Part shown: in pieces, positions 28,303-38,893 of the stretch
Layout: the number at the start of each line of letters is the position of its first letter
How positions within the stretch are numbered: position 1 is the stretch's first letter
From: Minisyncoccota bacterium
GTDB lineage: Bacteria; Patescibacteriota; Minisyncoccia; Phycocordibacterales; UBA918
Length of the DNA stretch: 64,000 nucleotides
Direction of reading: 5' to 3'
Assembly: GCA_040879435.1 (NCBI GenBank)
Contig: JBBDKG010000012.1
Location: 2,755-66,754 of the forward strand
The notes under the pieces: generated by a model
Told to the model about the DNA's origin: nothing
What the model saw: only the letters and a program-made list of their open reading frames with translations
Databases searched by the model: none
Translations under genes and position numbers: made by a program

Positions 28303-28677
28303 ATGTTCCTCATTAGCTTTCTTGCTGACACACTCATTGTCGCCGGACTATGCTTGGGTTCGTGGGCTGTCCTGCGTGAAAAGCCACTTGCTACGCTCGC
28401 GAACATCTGTGCGGTCACAGCCTTGTTGCTGACGCTCGTGCTGCTCGTCGGCGCAGGGTCGTCGAGCATGGTTAACGATCCGCTTCTCGCTTTCGCAACA
28501 CTGCTTATTGCCGTCTGTCTCTATCTGTTCTCACTGATCGTCATGATCAATACAAAGGACAGCTTGCGGAAAAGAGTCTTGCAACTTGAGGCGGAAGTCG
28601 ACAAACTGACTCCGAAAGCCCAAAAGCCGAAAGAGATCCCTCTGGGTACGAACGGACACCGATACTTGGACCACTGA
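28303..28677 (+). CDS. Hypothetical membrane protein with C-terminal coiled coil
   Basis: TTGACA 28246, SD AAGGAG, 3 TM; terminator at about 28691-28728. Confidence 0.65.
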   Translation: MFLISFLADTLIVAGLCLGSWAVLREKPLATLANICAVTALLLTLVLLVGAGSSSMVNDPLLAFATLLIAVCLYLFSLIVMINTKDSLRKRVLQLEAEVDKLTPKAQKPKEIPLGTNGHRYLDH

Positions 28678-28745
28678 TCAAACAGGAGACAACGTCCTGC
28701 GCAACACCATTTTGCGCAGGACGTTTTTGTTATGCAACCAATTAA

Positions 28746-29555
28746 CTACGAGACCAGAACAAAGAACACAACAACAACGGCCAACGCAATACGATACCAA
28801 ATGAACGGCCAGAGTGAGTACCTCCGAACAAACGCAAGCATAAAGTGGATCGCCAAAAGACCCACCAGGAACGCCGCTCCAGCACCGAACCCGATAGCTG
28901 TCCATGCAACCGGTTCATTGAGCGTCATGAGCTCAATGAGCTTCTTCGCGCCAGCACCAAGGATGACGGGTATCGCAAGCAAGAATGCGAACCGTGCTGC
29001 TTCTTCACGTGTGAGGCCGAGAAGCATTCCGCCGACAATGGTTGCCCCAGCACGCGACATGCCCGGAATGAGTGCAAGCGATTGAAAAAGTCCGATCAGC
29101 AACCCCTTCCGCACGGTCATCTCCGGCCGTCGCGGTACATTGAGATACACCCACTCTGCATACATGAACAGAAATGAACCGGCAACCAGCACCCCGGCGA
29201 CCAAAAGCGGACTTCGAAAGAACGTTTCCATCAAGGATTCAAGAAGGAGCCCAAAGAAGACCGCCGGCACGGTACCGATCATAAGCGCATACACGAGTGT
29301 CATGTCGCGTGAATTCACCGGCAACCGTGCAAGTTTCCGTACCACCGTATTCGCCAATAGCGCAAGATCGCGATGAAAGTACACGACCACTGCCGCTGCG
29401 GTCGCCAAATGCAACACCGCATCGAACGCAAGCGCATTGCTGCCTCCAAACTCAAAGAAGAAACGGGTGAGCACTAAATGGCCGGTCGAGGAGACCGGCA
29501 GGAACTCGGTAATACCCTGTACCAACCCCAGAATGACCGATTCGGCTGACGTCAT
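28746..29555 (-). CDS. uppP: Undecaprenyl-diphosphate phosphatase
   Basis: QGITEFLPVSSTGH, PGMSRAG, FLLAIP. Confidence 0.96.
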   Translation of the reverse strand: MTSAESVILGLVQGITEFLPVSSTGHLVLTRFFFEFGGSNALAFDAVLHLATAAAVVVYFHRDLALLANTVVRKLARLPVNSRDMTLVYALMIGTVPAVFFGLLLESLMETFFRSPLLVAGVLVAGSFLFMYAEWVYLNVPRRPEMTVRKGLLIGLFQSLALIPGMSRAGATIVGGMLLGLTREEAARFAFLLAIPVILGAGAKKLIELMTLNEPVAWTAIGFGAGAAFLVGLLAIHFMLAFVRRYSLWPFIWYRIALAVVVVFFVLVS

Positions 29556-29602
29556 GAGCGAATTATATCATGGGCTGATGCATGATATAATGCAGGAAAC
29601 TT

Positions 29603-30379
29603 ATGAATAACAGTCCAGATATGCCCCCTACACCTTCACGCGCACAGTCGCTTGCTATCCCAGTTGCCATCGTCTTTGGCTTCACACTCATTGCGATCGC
29701 CATCTACTTTGGTGGCGGAAACAACCCGATCGCAGCTATTACCGGCTCGAACAACGAACCGCCGGAAGAAACAGATACATCGACCCCGGACCTCTCCCTC
29801 ATCAATCCGGTCACTGAAGCGGATCACATTCGCGGTAATCCGAATGCACCGATCGTCTTCGTCGAATACTCTGACTACGATTGTCCATTCTGCAAGAACT
29901 TCCATGAGACCATGAAGCGCATCATGGACGAGTACGGCAGCAACGGTCAGGTTGCATGGGTGTATCGACAGTTTCCACTCCAGCAGCTCCATCCGAGCGC
30001 ACCACGCATCGCCGAAGCGTCCGAGTGTGTTGCAAAGCTTGGCGGCAATCAGGCCTTCTGGACATTCTCCGACCTTATCTTTGAAGAGCGCACAGTGAAC
30101 GAACCGACGGATATGAGCCGCTTGAATGAGTTTGCAATAAGCGCCGGTGTGGAAGAGGCGGCATTCACCGCGTGCCTGAACAGCGGTGAGACACGAGAAC
30201 TTGTCGAAGAGGACTTCAACAACGCCATTGCGATCGGCGGACGGGGTACCCCGCATACTATCGTACTGGTGGGCGACCAACAGGGCGTTATTAACGGCGC
30301 ACAACCATATGCGACCGTAAAGCAGATCGTCGATAATCTCATTGCTCAGAATGAGGGTGGTGCGCTGGAGGGCGAATAG
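29603..30379 (+). CDS. DsbA-family thioredoxin-fold protein
   Basis: EYSDYDCPFC, GTP cis-Pro loop, GAQPY; N-terminal TM. Confidence 0.92.
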   Translation: MNNSPDMPPTPSRAQSLAIPVAIVFGFTLIAIAIYFGGGNNPIAAITGSNNEPPEETDTSTPDLSLINPVTEADHIRGNPNAPIVFVEYSDYDCPFCKNFHETMKRIMDEYGSNGQVAWVYRQFPLQQLHPSAPRIAEASECVAKLGGNQAFWTFSDLIFEERTVNEPTDMSRLNEFAISAGVEEAAFTACLNSGETRELVEEDFNNAIAIGGRGTPHTIVLVGDQQGVINGAQPYATVKQIVDNLIAQNEGGALEGE

Positions 30380-30386
30380 CGTCCCA

Positions 30387-33266
30387 CTAGTTTAGTACCG
30401 TACCGAGCTTTCCACTCCACACGAACTCAATGAGTTCCTGCATCTCTCCCTGGACCTGGTCGAGGTCCTCCTTTGTCACCGGCACGGTCGTGATGGGACA
30501 GCGGTCTTTCTTATCCGGAGAGAGGAACACGAGTGACGCGTTGACGGCCTTTCCTTTGTAGCGGTCGTTCCCTGAAATGAGCAGTGTATAGAAGATGAGC
30601 TGGCGGAAATACTTCCCGTCCGAACTCTTGGTCTCACCACGAATGGCCGCCGGCGACATACCCTGCCGTGTCTTGTAATCAAATACCTCGACTGTATTAC
30701 TGTGTTCGATGATGGCGTCGAGCTTGCCATGAATAGGAATCGTTACCGGTACACCTTCGAACGTGCCCCGAAACTCCGCTTCAACCCATTTTTCTGAATA
30801 AATAGTTCCATCAGTTTCAAAGTGTTCGGAAAGCGCAGCTGCGACCTTTGGTGCGTTCGCGTGCAGCTCGCGCCGTACAGCATCTTTCTCTGCACTCGCC
30901 AACAACGACGCGGCAAGGAACCCGTCAACCGCCTCAATGATGACCTTCTCGATGCGCTCGGAGTCACGCTCCCCTGAACTCCAGATACGATCGAACGCAG
31001 CATGCATCGCACTTCCCTTCTCAGCAGACGCGGACGGTGCCTGCGGCATCTTGAGAATACTCTCAAGCAGGAACGTTTTCGGGTCTTCAACAAAATGGTT
31101 CAGGGCAGTCACTGAAAGTCCTGAGGTGGTCAGTACCCGCTTGGCGAGGTCAGTGATCGCCTGTGCGCGTACAGAATCCACATCCGATTCGTGTGCGGTT
31201 GGTAGCGGTGGGTCGATGTATGGTAGCCGCACGGTAGAGGTGTGTTCAACAGGCAGTTCGTCGATGAACCGCACCGGCAATTGTGTCGTGCCATCAGACT
31301 CCTCTTCTGCGGCCAACACGACCGCGTGCTTTCGTGCGCGTGTGAGCGCGACATAGAAGAGTCTTCGTAGATCGCTGATGTCGTCAGTTGACGCACGCCG
31401 GTTCGGCATCGAGAACGACCGGCCACGCGCTTTGCCGATCCACGCCGATTCGGTCGCGTACGGCAGGAATACATAGTCAAATTCAAGCCCTTTGCTACCA
31501 TGCGCTGTCATTGCCGACACGATACTGTCAGGCACACCCACCGCAACCTTCACCGTCCGCCGTTCAGCCGACTGGCGATACGCCAGGAGTCCGCGCAGGA
31601 GATCAGCCGGGTCGGTCAGTTCACGATCCCGGACTATCGATTCCGCAAGCGCCACAACACCCCGCCACACCTGCACGGAAGCAGGATTCAGTGCCACCTG
31701 TTCGGCAAGCCCTGACTCACGACACAGCGCCACCACACAGCCGAGCGGATCGTCGGTGAGGAGCTGCTTTTGAATTCGCGCAAGTCCGGGTAGCTTCTCC
31801 TCCCATTCGATACGAGCGCCGCTTCGTATCGCCTTTGCCAATTCAGCGACCTCACCGATCGAGAGATCCCAGCAACCGGCGACCATAGTGCGAAGCAGTG
31901 CATCAAGCCGTGTTGGGTCGATGGTAAACTCAGCGAGATCAAAGAAGGTGCGGCCAACCGGGTGTGCGAAGATATCGATACTCCGTTCCGATGAGACTGG
32001 AATCCCTTCCTGCTCCAAGAGCTGCAGGACACGTTCAAGTTCACGGTTCCGGCGCGTGATCACCGCGACCGTTGCGTCCGGCTCGCGTTCTGTCACTTCC
32101 CTGATCGAATCCACAAGATAGCGTTCCATCGCAGATGCATTCTCGGCGGTCGCAACTTCGATCGGCCGCGCCCCCTCACCACTCGCAGCCGTGAGCGGAA
32201 CTCGCAGATCACGATGTTCGTCACCGTCGTAGTTGTGTTCGATCATCGCAAAACCCGCGTCCAGAAGCGACTGGTGCGAACGATAGTTGGTATCGAGCGA
32301 TACTGAGACCATCGTCGGCCATCGTTTCCGAAGCGCAAGGAAGTTCTCTACCGACGCGCCTTGGAATCGGTAGATTGCCTGTTTCTCGTCCCCTACAATG
32401 AACACGTTCGGTATCTCAAAGAATTCGGCGATGATCCGTATGATGAGGTTCTGGGCATCATTCGTGTCCTGATGCTCGTCAACGAGCAGGTAGAGGAACC
32501 GCTCCTGTACGAGCCGCCTCAGCAGTTCGTCACCTTCGAGGGCTGTGATAAGTTCGATAATAAGGTCATCAAAGTCCATCAGCTCCTGCTCATGTTTGGC
32601 CGCTTCGTATGAGGCATATACATCAGCAAATAGTTTTGTCCGCTCACACTTTACGATCTCCCGCTCCGCATCTGCCTTCAACCTGCCTTTTGTCACACCC
32701 CGCGTGGAGATAGAGGATTCATCATTTTTGATGCGCTCTATCTCGTTCAAAGCGAAGGCACGAACGTCATCGGGTGTGAGAGTGTCGCGCTTCGCGTCAC
32801 TGATCGTCCGGATGATCTCCGAGAGGTAGTGGTCAGGTTTCCCCAGCGGACGGATATCGGCAAACTGCGGGCCAGTGAGGATATCGCGAATGAGTGTCTC
32901 CTGCTCGATATCGGTGATCCGGCGTCGGTCACGAAGATGTATGAAGTGGTCGGGATATTCGGCGATCATCGCTGCAGCAAACCCATGAAATGTGAAGATG
33001 CCGACCTCGTGTGCCCGCGGGCCGATAATAGTTCGAAGTTTTGTACGCATCGCCTTCACGCCTGCGTCGGTGTAGGTGATGGCAAGGATACCTGAGGGTG
33101 GCGTGTCAGTGGTGTGGAGGATATTCGCGATACGGAGCGTCAGTACGGTCGTCTTCCCCGTTCCCGGTCCGGCAACCACCATGACCGGACCGTCGATCGT
33201 ATCGACCGCCTTCCTCTGTCCTTCATTTAAACGGTTATATGCTTCATTGAACGCCTGAAAGTCCAT
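30387..33266 (-). CDS. UvrD/REP helicase fused to a C-terminal PD-(D/E)XK nuclease (AdnAB/AddA-like)
   Basis: AGPGTGKT, VDEHQD, GDEKQAIYRFQGA, NYRS, HGSKGLEF, YVALTRA; nuclease GKLD...DYKT...QL.FY. Confidence 0.92.
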   Translation of the reverse strand: MDFQAFNEAYNRLNEGQRKAVDTIDGPVMVVAGPGTGKTTVLTLRIANILHTTDTPPSGILAITYTDAGVKAMRTKLRTIIGPRAHEVGIFTFHGFAAAMIAEYPDHFIHLRDRRRITDIEQETLIRDILTGPQFADIRPLGKPDHYLSEIIRTISDAKRDTLTPDDVRAFALNEIERIKNDESSISTRGVTKGRLKADAEREIVKCERTKLFADVYASYEAAKHEQELMDFDDLIIELITALEGDELLRRLVQERFLYLLVDEHQDTNDAQNLIIRIIAEFFEIPNVFIVGDEKQAIYRFQGASVENFLALRKRWPTMVSVSLDTNYRSHQSLLDAGFAMIEHNYDGDEHRDLRVPLTAASGEGARPIEVATAENASAMERYLVDSIREVTEREPDATVAVITRRNRELERVLQLLEQEGIPVSSERSIDIFAHPVGRTFFDLAEFTIDPTRLDALLRTMVAGCWDLSIGEVAELAKAIRSGARIEWEEKLPGLARIQKQLLTDDPLGCVVALCRESGLAEQVALNPASVQVWRGVVALAESIVRDRELTDPADLLRGLLAYRQSAERRTVKVAVGVPDSIVSAMTAHGSKGLEFDYVFLPYATESAWIGKARGRSFSMPNRRASTDDISDLRRLFYVALTRARKHAVVLAAEEESDGTTQLPVRFIDELPVEHTSTVRLPYIDPPLPTAHESDVDSVRAQAITDLAKRVLTTSGLSVTALNHFVEDPKTFLLESILKMPQAPSASAEKGSAMHAAFDRIWSSGERDSERIEKVIIEAVDGFLAASLLASAEKDAVRRELHANAPKVAAALSEHFETDGTIYSEKWVEAEFRGTFEGVPVTIPIHGKLDAIIEHSNTVEVFDYKTRQGMSPAAIRGETKSSDGKYFRQLIFYTLLISGNDRYKGKAVNASLVFLSPDKKDRCPITTVPVTKEDLDQVQGEMQELIEFVWSGKLGTVLN

Positions 33267-33351
33267 AAAGATTCATTATAACCGATGTGGTGAAATGCGC
33301 ATGGAATGCCACTTTTCAACTAATCAGGCTGGTGGTAGTATAGCCCTGTCT

Positions 33352-33804
33352 ATGGAATTGAAGGATATTGTAAAGGAAGCAGTGGTCATTGGTGAAAGCG
33401 CGACGTTTCGCGAAGCACTTTCAGCGATGATCCGTGAACAGACAAATACCCTTTTGGTTACCGGCGACAACGGAGAGCTTATCGGAGAAGTGAGCGTGTC
33501 CGACCTCATGGACGCGGTCGTTCCGGAATACCTTGATGGCGATAGTATCGCTTCGAGCTTTGCCACAGAAGAGATGTTCGAAGAAGCGGTCCAGAAAGCA
33601 TCTGACAAACCGGTCAGTGAGTTTATGAACGCCGATGTCGAAGCTGTGGAGACCGACGATGGTCTGATGCAGGTGGCAGCGGTCGCGATCGCGCACCAGA
33701 AGGCGCGGATCCCGGTGGTGGACAAGGAGAACCGGCCGATCGGCATCATTTCCAGACGCGGTCTCAAAGAACTGCTCGCAAGCTCGCTCAACCTCTCATC
33801 CTAA
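33352..33804 (+). CDS. CBS-pair protein
   Basis: Two CBS repeats (LIGEVSVSDL; IPVVDKENRPIGIISRR). Confidence 0.88.
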   Translation: MELKDIVKEAVVIGESATFREALSAMIREQTNTLLVTGDNGELIGEVSVSDLMDAVVPEYLDGDSIASSFATEEMFEEAVQKASDKPVSEFMNADVEAVETDDGLMQVAAVAIAHQKARIPVVDKENRPIGIISRRGLKELLASSLNLSS

Positions 33805-33868
33805 TAGTTAACAGCCCGCACGAAGCGTGATGGAATCCGTCACGTTTTTCTTTTGTCACGCACAGATT

Positions 33869-35239
33869 ATGGAACTCATTCAGATGGTCGCGATTGCGAT
33901 CTTTGCCGTCACGTTCTTTTTTATCCTCACCGAACGCATTCACCGGACCGTCATCGGTCTCTTCGGTGCACTCGGTATGGTACTCGCCGGTATCATCCTC
34001 GATTTCTACCACCCGGAGGAGGTCGTTGAAGCCATCGACTTCAATACGCTTGGCCTTCTCTTCGGTATGATGCTTCTGGTCTCGATGCTTGAAAAGACCG
34101 GATTCTTTCAGTTCGTGGGCATCTGGACCGCGAAGAAGACCGGGGGGAGCCCGTGGTTTTTGATGCTCGCACTCGGCGCGATCACTGGTATCTTCTCAAT
34201 GATCCTCGACAATGTGACCACGGTGATCCTTATCGTGCCGGTCACGATCATCATTGCGGATATCCTAAAAATCAACCCCATTCCGATCATCATGTCCGAA
34301 GCGCTTATCTCGAACATCGCCGGGACCGGTACGCTCATCGGTGACCCGCCGAACATCATGATCGGCTCTGCGGTCGGGTTCTCGTTCAATGACTTCCTCA
34401 TTCATTCACTTCCGGTCGTCATCGTCGCGTGGCTCGCAACACTTCTCATCTTCCGAGTCATCTACCGCAAGGATATTGCGAAGAAGCCGGAGAATATCGA
34501 CCAGCTCCAAAAGATGAATGAGTGGGATGCGATCAAGGAACCGAAGACACTCAAGAAGCTACTCGTGGTGTTCGGTATAACGATCGCACTCTTCTTCCTC
34601 CATAGCGTCCTGCACCTTGAGCCGGCCATGGTCGCGCTCATTGGCGCCTCGCTTGCACTTATCGTGGTCTCTCCAAAACACGACCCGCAACATATCATCG
34701 AAAAATGCGAACTGTCTGTTCTTCTCTTCTTCGGATCCTTGTTTGTGATCGTGGGCGGACTTGAGCACGCCGGAATCCTCGAAGAACTGGCGAAGCTCCT
34801 CACCGCCGGTGCTGCAGACAACCTGCTTCTGACCGCCATCATCGTCCTCTGGGCAAGTGCGATCCTCTCTGCGATCGTTGACAACATCCCACTCACGGTC
34901 GCGATGATCCCGATCATCATGTATTTGGGTGCGCAAGGCGTACCGACCGATCTCCTGTGGTGGGCGCTGGTACTCGGTGTTGGATTCGGTGGCAATGGCT
35001 CCCCGATCGGATCGTCTGCCGGCGTCATCGTGGTCGCCAAGTCGGAAAAGACCGGTTCGCCGATCACCTTTATGGGCTGGATGAAACAGGGTGTCCCGAC
35101 CATGATCGCCTGCTTGGTCGTCTCCACCCTTGCACTCGTGTTGTTCACTGAACATTTTTCCACCCACGGACAGCTTGGTGACGTTCGCATCGTGAACGAA
35201 GCGTCTGCATACGAACATCCGGTGCCGTATCAGGACTAA
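33869..35239 (+). CDS. ArsB/NhaD (IT superfamily) anion or Na+/H+ permease
   Basis: LDNVTT, TLIGDPPNIMIG, SAIVDNIP, GGNGSPIGSSA. Confidence 0.9.
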   Translation: MELIQMVAIAIFAVTFFFILTERIHRTVIGLFGALGMVLAGIILDFYHPEEVVEAIDFNTLGLLFGMMLLVSMLEKTGFFQFVGIWTAKKTGGSPWFLMLALGAITGIFSMILDNVTTVILIVPVTIIIADILKINPIPIIMSEALISNIAGTGTLIGDPPNIMIGSAVGFSFNDFLIHSLPVVIVAWLATLLIFRVIYRKDIAKKPENIDQLQKMNEWDAIKEPKTLKKLLVVFGITIALFFLHSVLHLEPAMVALIGASLALIVVSPKHDPQHIIEKCELSVLLFFGSLFVIVGGLEHAGILEELAKLLTAGAADNLLLTAIIVLWASAILSAIVDNIPLTVAMIPIIMYLGAQGVPTDLLWWALVLGVGFGGNGSPIGSSAGVIVVAKSEKTGSPITFMGWMKQGVPTMIACLVVSTLALVLFTEHFSTHGQLGDVRIVNEASAYEHPVPYQD

Positions 35240-35252
35240 CGAAAAGACAATA

Positions 35253-35284
35253 AAAACGGCCGCCCTGGGATGGGCGGCCGTTTT
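35253..35284. terminator. Bidirectional terminator
   Basis: AAAACGGCCGCCC-N-GGGCGGCCGTTTT between convergent genes. Confidence 0.75.
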
Positions 35285-35286
35285 GT

Positions 35287-36639
35287 TTAATATGATTTCA
35301 ATCGTCTCGCTTTCTCGTGCTGTCTGATCTTCTCCAGTGCCTTTGCTTCGATCTGACGGATACGTTCACGGGTCACTCCGAATTCCTTCCCTACCTCTTC
35401 AAGCGTATGGTATGTGCCATCGAGGAGTCCGTGCCGCATCTCGAGGATCTTCCGTTCCTTCTCAGAGAGCGTGTCGAGTATCTCAGTGATCTGGTCAGCG
35501 AGGATGCTGTGTGCCACTTCCTGGTCCGGTGCGATGATCTTGTCGTCCGAGATGAAGTCCGAAAGGCGTGAGCGGTCATCATCGTCACCGATCGGGAGCT
35601 CGAGCGAGATGGTGTCCTGACTGATCTTCTCGATCTGGTACACTTTCTCGACCTCAACACCCATCTCTGTGGCGATCTCCTCCGGCATCGGGTCACGACC
35701 AAGGTCTTGGGAGAGTCGGCGTGAGATCTGCTTGTATTTCGCCATCGTCTCCACCATGTGTACCGGAATACGGATGGTTCGTGACTGGTCGGCGAGTGCG
35801 CGAGTGATCGCCTGGCGGATCCACCACGTCGCGTACGTTGAGAACTTGAATCCCTTTTCGTAGTCGAATTTATCGACCGCCTTGAAGAGACCGAGGTTCC
35901 CTTCCTGGATGAGGTCAAGGAGAGTGAGGTCGGGACTCCGCCCCACATACTTCTTGGCGATGGAAACCACGAGACGCAGGTTCGCCCGCGCGAGCAGGTT
36001 CCGTGCCTCCTCATCACCTTCGGTAATACGTTTTGCAAGGTCACGCTCTTCCTGTGCGGTGAGGAGCGGGTACTGCCCGATCTCGCGCAGATACATCTGG
36101 ATCGAATCGTATCCGCTATCGTTCCGGCGATACGCATTCTTTTGTGCAAGTACTTCGTCGGCGTGTGAGTCACCGCCGAGCATGCCGCCACTCTCAAGGA
36201 CGTCAATGTTCGCGATCGCGAACCGTTCGTAGAGGTCGTCAAGGAATGGGACGTCCTTCTCCACTTGCGGGAAGTATTTCAGAATGTCGTCGTAGGTGAT
36301 GTACCCACGGTCACGTCCCATCTTCATCAGCATCTCAGCTTTCGCTTCCTGATCCTTGCGGGCACGGGACAACACCCGTGGCTTTGCCGCAGGTTTCTTC
36401 GTTTTTGCGCGCGTGGCGACCTTGCGCTTTGCGGGCGCTTTCTTGGCTGGTGTCTTCTTTTTAGCTCCAGAGCTGGTAGTTCGTTTTGGCTGCTTCTTTT
36501 GTACTGTGCGCTTCGCTTGTTTTTTGGCTTGCTTTTTTGGTGCTTTCGTCACCCGTTTTGCTTTTGCCTTAGTGGTGGCCTTTCGGGCCACTTTTGATGT
36601 TTTTTTTGTTTTCTGTACGGCTTTGCGCTTTACGGCCAT
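35287..36639 (-). CDS. rpoD: Primary sigma factor with Lys/Ala-rich N-terminal tail
   Basis: [70 protein letters not shown]; follows dnaG. Confidence 0.97.
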   Translation of the reverse strand: MAVKRKAVQKTKKTSKVARKATTKAKAKRVTKAPKKQAKKQAKRTVQKKQPKRTTSSGAKKKTPAKKAPAKRKVATRAKTKKPAAKPRVLSRARKDQEAKAEMLMKMGRDRGYITYDDILKYFPQVEKDVPFLDDLYERFAIANIDVLESGGMLGGDSHADEVLAQKNAYRRNDSGYDSIQMYLREIGQYPLLTAQEERDLAKRITEGDEEARNLLARANLRLVVSIAKKYVGRSPDLTLLDLIQEGNLGLFKAVDKFDYEKGFKFSTYATWWIRQAITRALADQSRTIRIPVHMVETMAKYKQISRRLSQDLGRDPMPEEIATEMGVEVEKVYQIEKISQDTISLELPIGDDDDRSRLSDFISDDKIIAPDQEVAHSILADQITEILDTLSEKERKILEMRHGLLDGTYHTLEEVGKEFGVTRERIRQIEAKALEKIRQHEKARRLKSY

Positions 36640-36721
36640 ATGTGACGACCACTATACTGGATAATCAGGAAATGTCGAGTATTCAAAAGTACCCTTCTGT
36701 CAATATCTTTGGCTGTGGAAA

Positions 36722-38479
36722 TCAGGCTTCTCCGTTAAATAATTCAGGACTGTATCGCGGTTTCCCAAATTCACGGTGAAGTTCTGCCACTTCGCCCATC
36801 AACGTCTCCATTGCAGCTTCATCTCCAGTACGTTCGGCGGCGGCAAGGGTCGTCCGCTTCTCCCTGATGGTTTCCTTCAGCAACAGTTCACGAAGCTCCT
36901 GCAAACGGCCGGCAAGCTCCTCATGACGTTGCAGTGGCCGCATATCGGCAAGCTCGTTCTCGAGCTGAAACACAAGTGGCGAGATGACTTCCGCAGAAAG
37001 CTCGTCACGAACTGCAGTGATCGGTCTCCCGACCGCTGCTTCAAAGGTACGCGATACAACCGCACGCTCTTTCTCCGACAGTAGCGCTTCGGCTGCCACC
37101 ATGTATGCGAGGAGTGCTTCCTTGCGGGTGACCGATGCAGGCGCCTCCGCTTCTTGGTGTGCCGACTGTTCGGTTGCCACTGCCGGACGACGTGCGCGGT
37201 CGCGTTCGAGACGCGCAAGCTCAAGGTGGATCGCGTCGGTCGTTGTATTGAGCGCTTCTGCGACCACTCCCTCAAAGTGCTCACGGTCGATACGACTCTC
37301 GATACGCAGGAGATATGGTACGACCTCATCCCGAGCCCGCAGCTTGAACGTCCGCTCATCCCGCGCTTCTTCCTTCAATACGGCAAGCAGAAACTCGATC
37401 ACATGCGTCGCGTGACCGATAATGTCTTTGAATTGCTTCAAGTCCTTCTCTATGATATCCGCCGGGTCTTCGCCGTTTTGAAGCCGCGCCACCTTCACGT
37501 CCATGCCGCGTGCGAGCATCACATCCGCTCCCCGTTTAACCGCCGCGATACCGGCGCGGTCTGCGTCAAGTGCGAGCACCACGCGGCTTGAAAGTCTTTG
37601 CAAGAGCGCCACGTGGTTTGCGGTGAGTGCGGTGCCGGACACCGCGACTGCGTTGGTGTATCCCGCCTGGTGTGCGAGCACCACATCGAACTGCCCTTCC
37701 ACGATGAGAGAGAAATCATACTGGCGAATACCATGCTTGGCCTTGTCGTATCCGAATAAGACAGATGATTTATCGAAAAGCTCAGTCTCCGGCGAGTTCA
37801 CATACTTCGGCGCATCGCTGTCCTTGCTGAGAATGCGCCCTGAGAACGCCACAATACGGCCGGACGGATCACAGATCGGGAACATTATGCGGTCACGGAA
37901 TACATCATACGGTGCCTTCCCTGCGTCAGCCGATTTAATAAGTCCTGCCTTCTGCATCTCCGCGTCACTAAAACCCTTGTGTGCAAGGTGTTCACGAAGA
38001 TCACGCCAGCCGTGTTCCGGCGGTCCGGGTGCATACCCGATGCGCCACGCGCCGATCGTTGACGGCTTCACACCGCGGTCCTTGAGATACCTGCCCGCCT
38101 CTTCCTTCTTGAGGAGGTACGACGAATAGAACTTCGCTGCCTCGTCGATGAGTGCATACTGTTGGTCGCGTTCGTTCCGCTTCTTCGGATCCTCCGGGAC
38201 CAGCTCGACACCGGCCTTCTCGGCAAGGATCTTGAGCGCCCCTTTGAAGTCGACTCCTTCCATCTTCTCGACGAACGTGAAGATATCGCCGCCTTGTGAC
38301 GAGGAGAAGCAGTAGTACATGCCACGGTCAGGTGAGACGTAGAAGGAAGGGGTCTTTTCGTTCGTGAACGGTGACTTGCCCTTATAGTTCTTACCCGCTT
38401 TGTGGAGCTCCACGTACGGCGCGACAACATCCACGATCGACAATCGTTCCTTGATCTTTTCTACTGCATCGGAGGCCAT
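36722..38479 (-). CDS. dnaG: DNA primase
   Basis: EKTPSF, FRDRIMFPI, KYVNSPET, VEGQFD, DADRAG. Confidence 0.97.
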   Translation of the reverse strand: MASDAVEKIKERLSIVDVVAPYVELHKAGKNYKGKSPFTNEKTPSFYVSPDRGMYYCFSSSQGGDIFTFVEKMEGVDFKGALKILAEKAGVELVPEDPKKRNERDQQYALIDEAAKFYSSYLLKKEEAGRYLKDRGVKPSTIGAWRIGYAPGPPEHGWRDLREHLAHKGFSDAEMQKAGLIKSADAGKAPYDVFRDRIMFPICDPSGRIVAFSGRILSKDSDAPKYVNSPETELFDKSSVLFGYDKAKHGIRQYDFSLIVEGQFDVVLAHQAGYTNAVAVSGTALTANHVALLQRLSSRVVLALDADRAGIAAVKRGADVMLARGMDVKVARLQNGEDPADIIEKDLKQFKDIIGHATHVIEFLLAVLKEEARDERTFKLRARDEVVPYLLRIESRIDREHFEGVVAEALNTTTDAIHLELARLERDRARRPAVATEQSAHQEAEAPASVTRKEALLAYMVAAEALLSEKERAVVSRTFEAAVGRPITAVRDELSAEVISPLVFQLENELADMRPLQRHEELAGRLQELRELLLKETIREKRTTLAAAERTGDEAAMETLMGEVAELHREFGKPRYSPELFNGEA

Positions 38480-38580
38480 ATTCGTACCCGTATTGTACCC
38501 GATTCAGCGGTGTTTTGCTGAGCTATTGACATACGCATATAAATATGCTGTTATTGAATTAACCAAGAACGGAGGCAGAA

Positions 38581-38775
38581 ATGTTCATTGAGCTCTGGAT
38601 ACTGTGTTCTTTCATCGCTTTCGGGGCAGTTGTTTACGCTGCTCTGCGAGACGAAATGTTCAGGAATGCTGGAGTTGTTGCCAAGGTCTGTGTGGTTGTT
38701 GGTGCAACTCTCCTCGGCCCTCTCACCATCGGCGTCATTTTTGCCGATATTGCAGACAGAAGGAAGGGTGAATAA
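38581..38775 (+). CDS. Small 2-TM protein
   Basis: TTGACA 38526, SD GGAGG, followed by a hairpin. Confidence 0.55.
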   Translation: MFIELWILCSFIAFGAVVYAALRDEMFRNAGVVAKVCVVVGATLLGPLTIGVIFADIADRRKGE

Positions 38776-38893
38776 ACATCCCCCCTCCCCCGACGAAACC
38801 CTAGCGGTGACGCCGGGGTTTTGTTTTTCTAAAAAAACTCATAGGGCATGGAAAACGGCGGCCCTAAGGGGCCGCCGTAGCAACTGAAGAACG

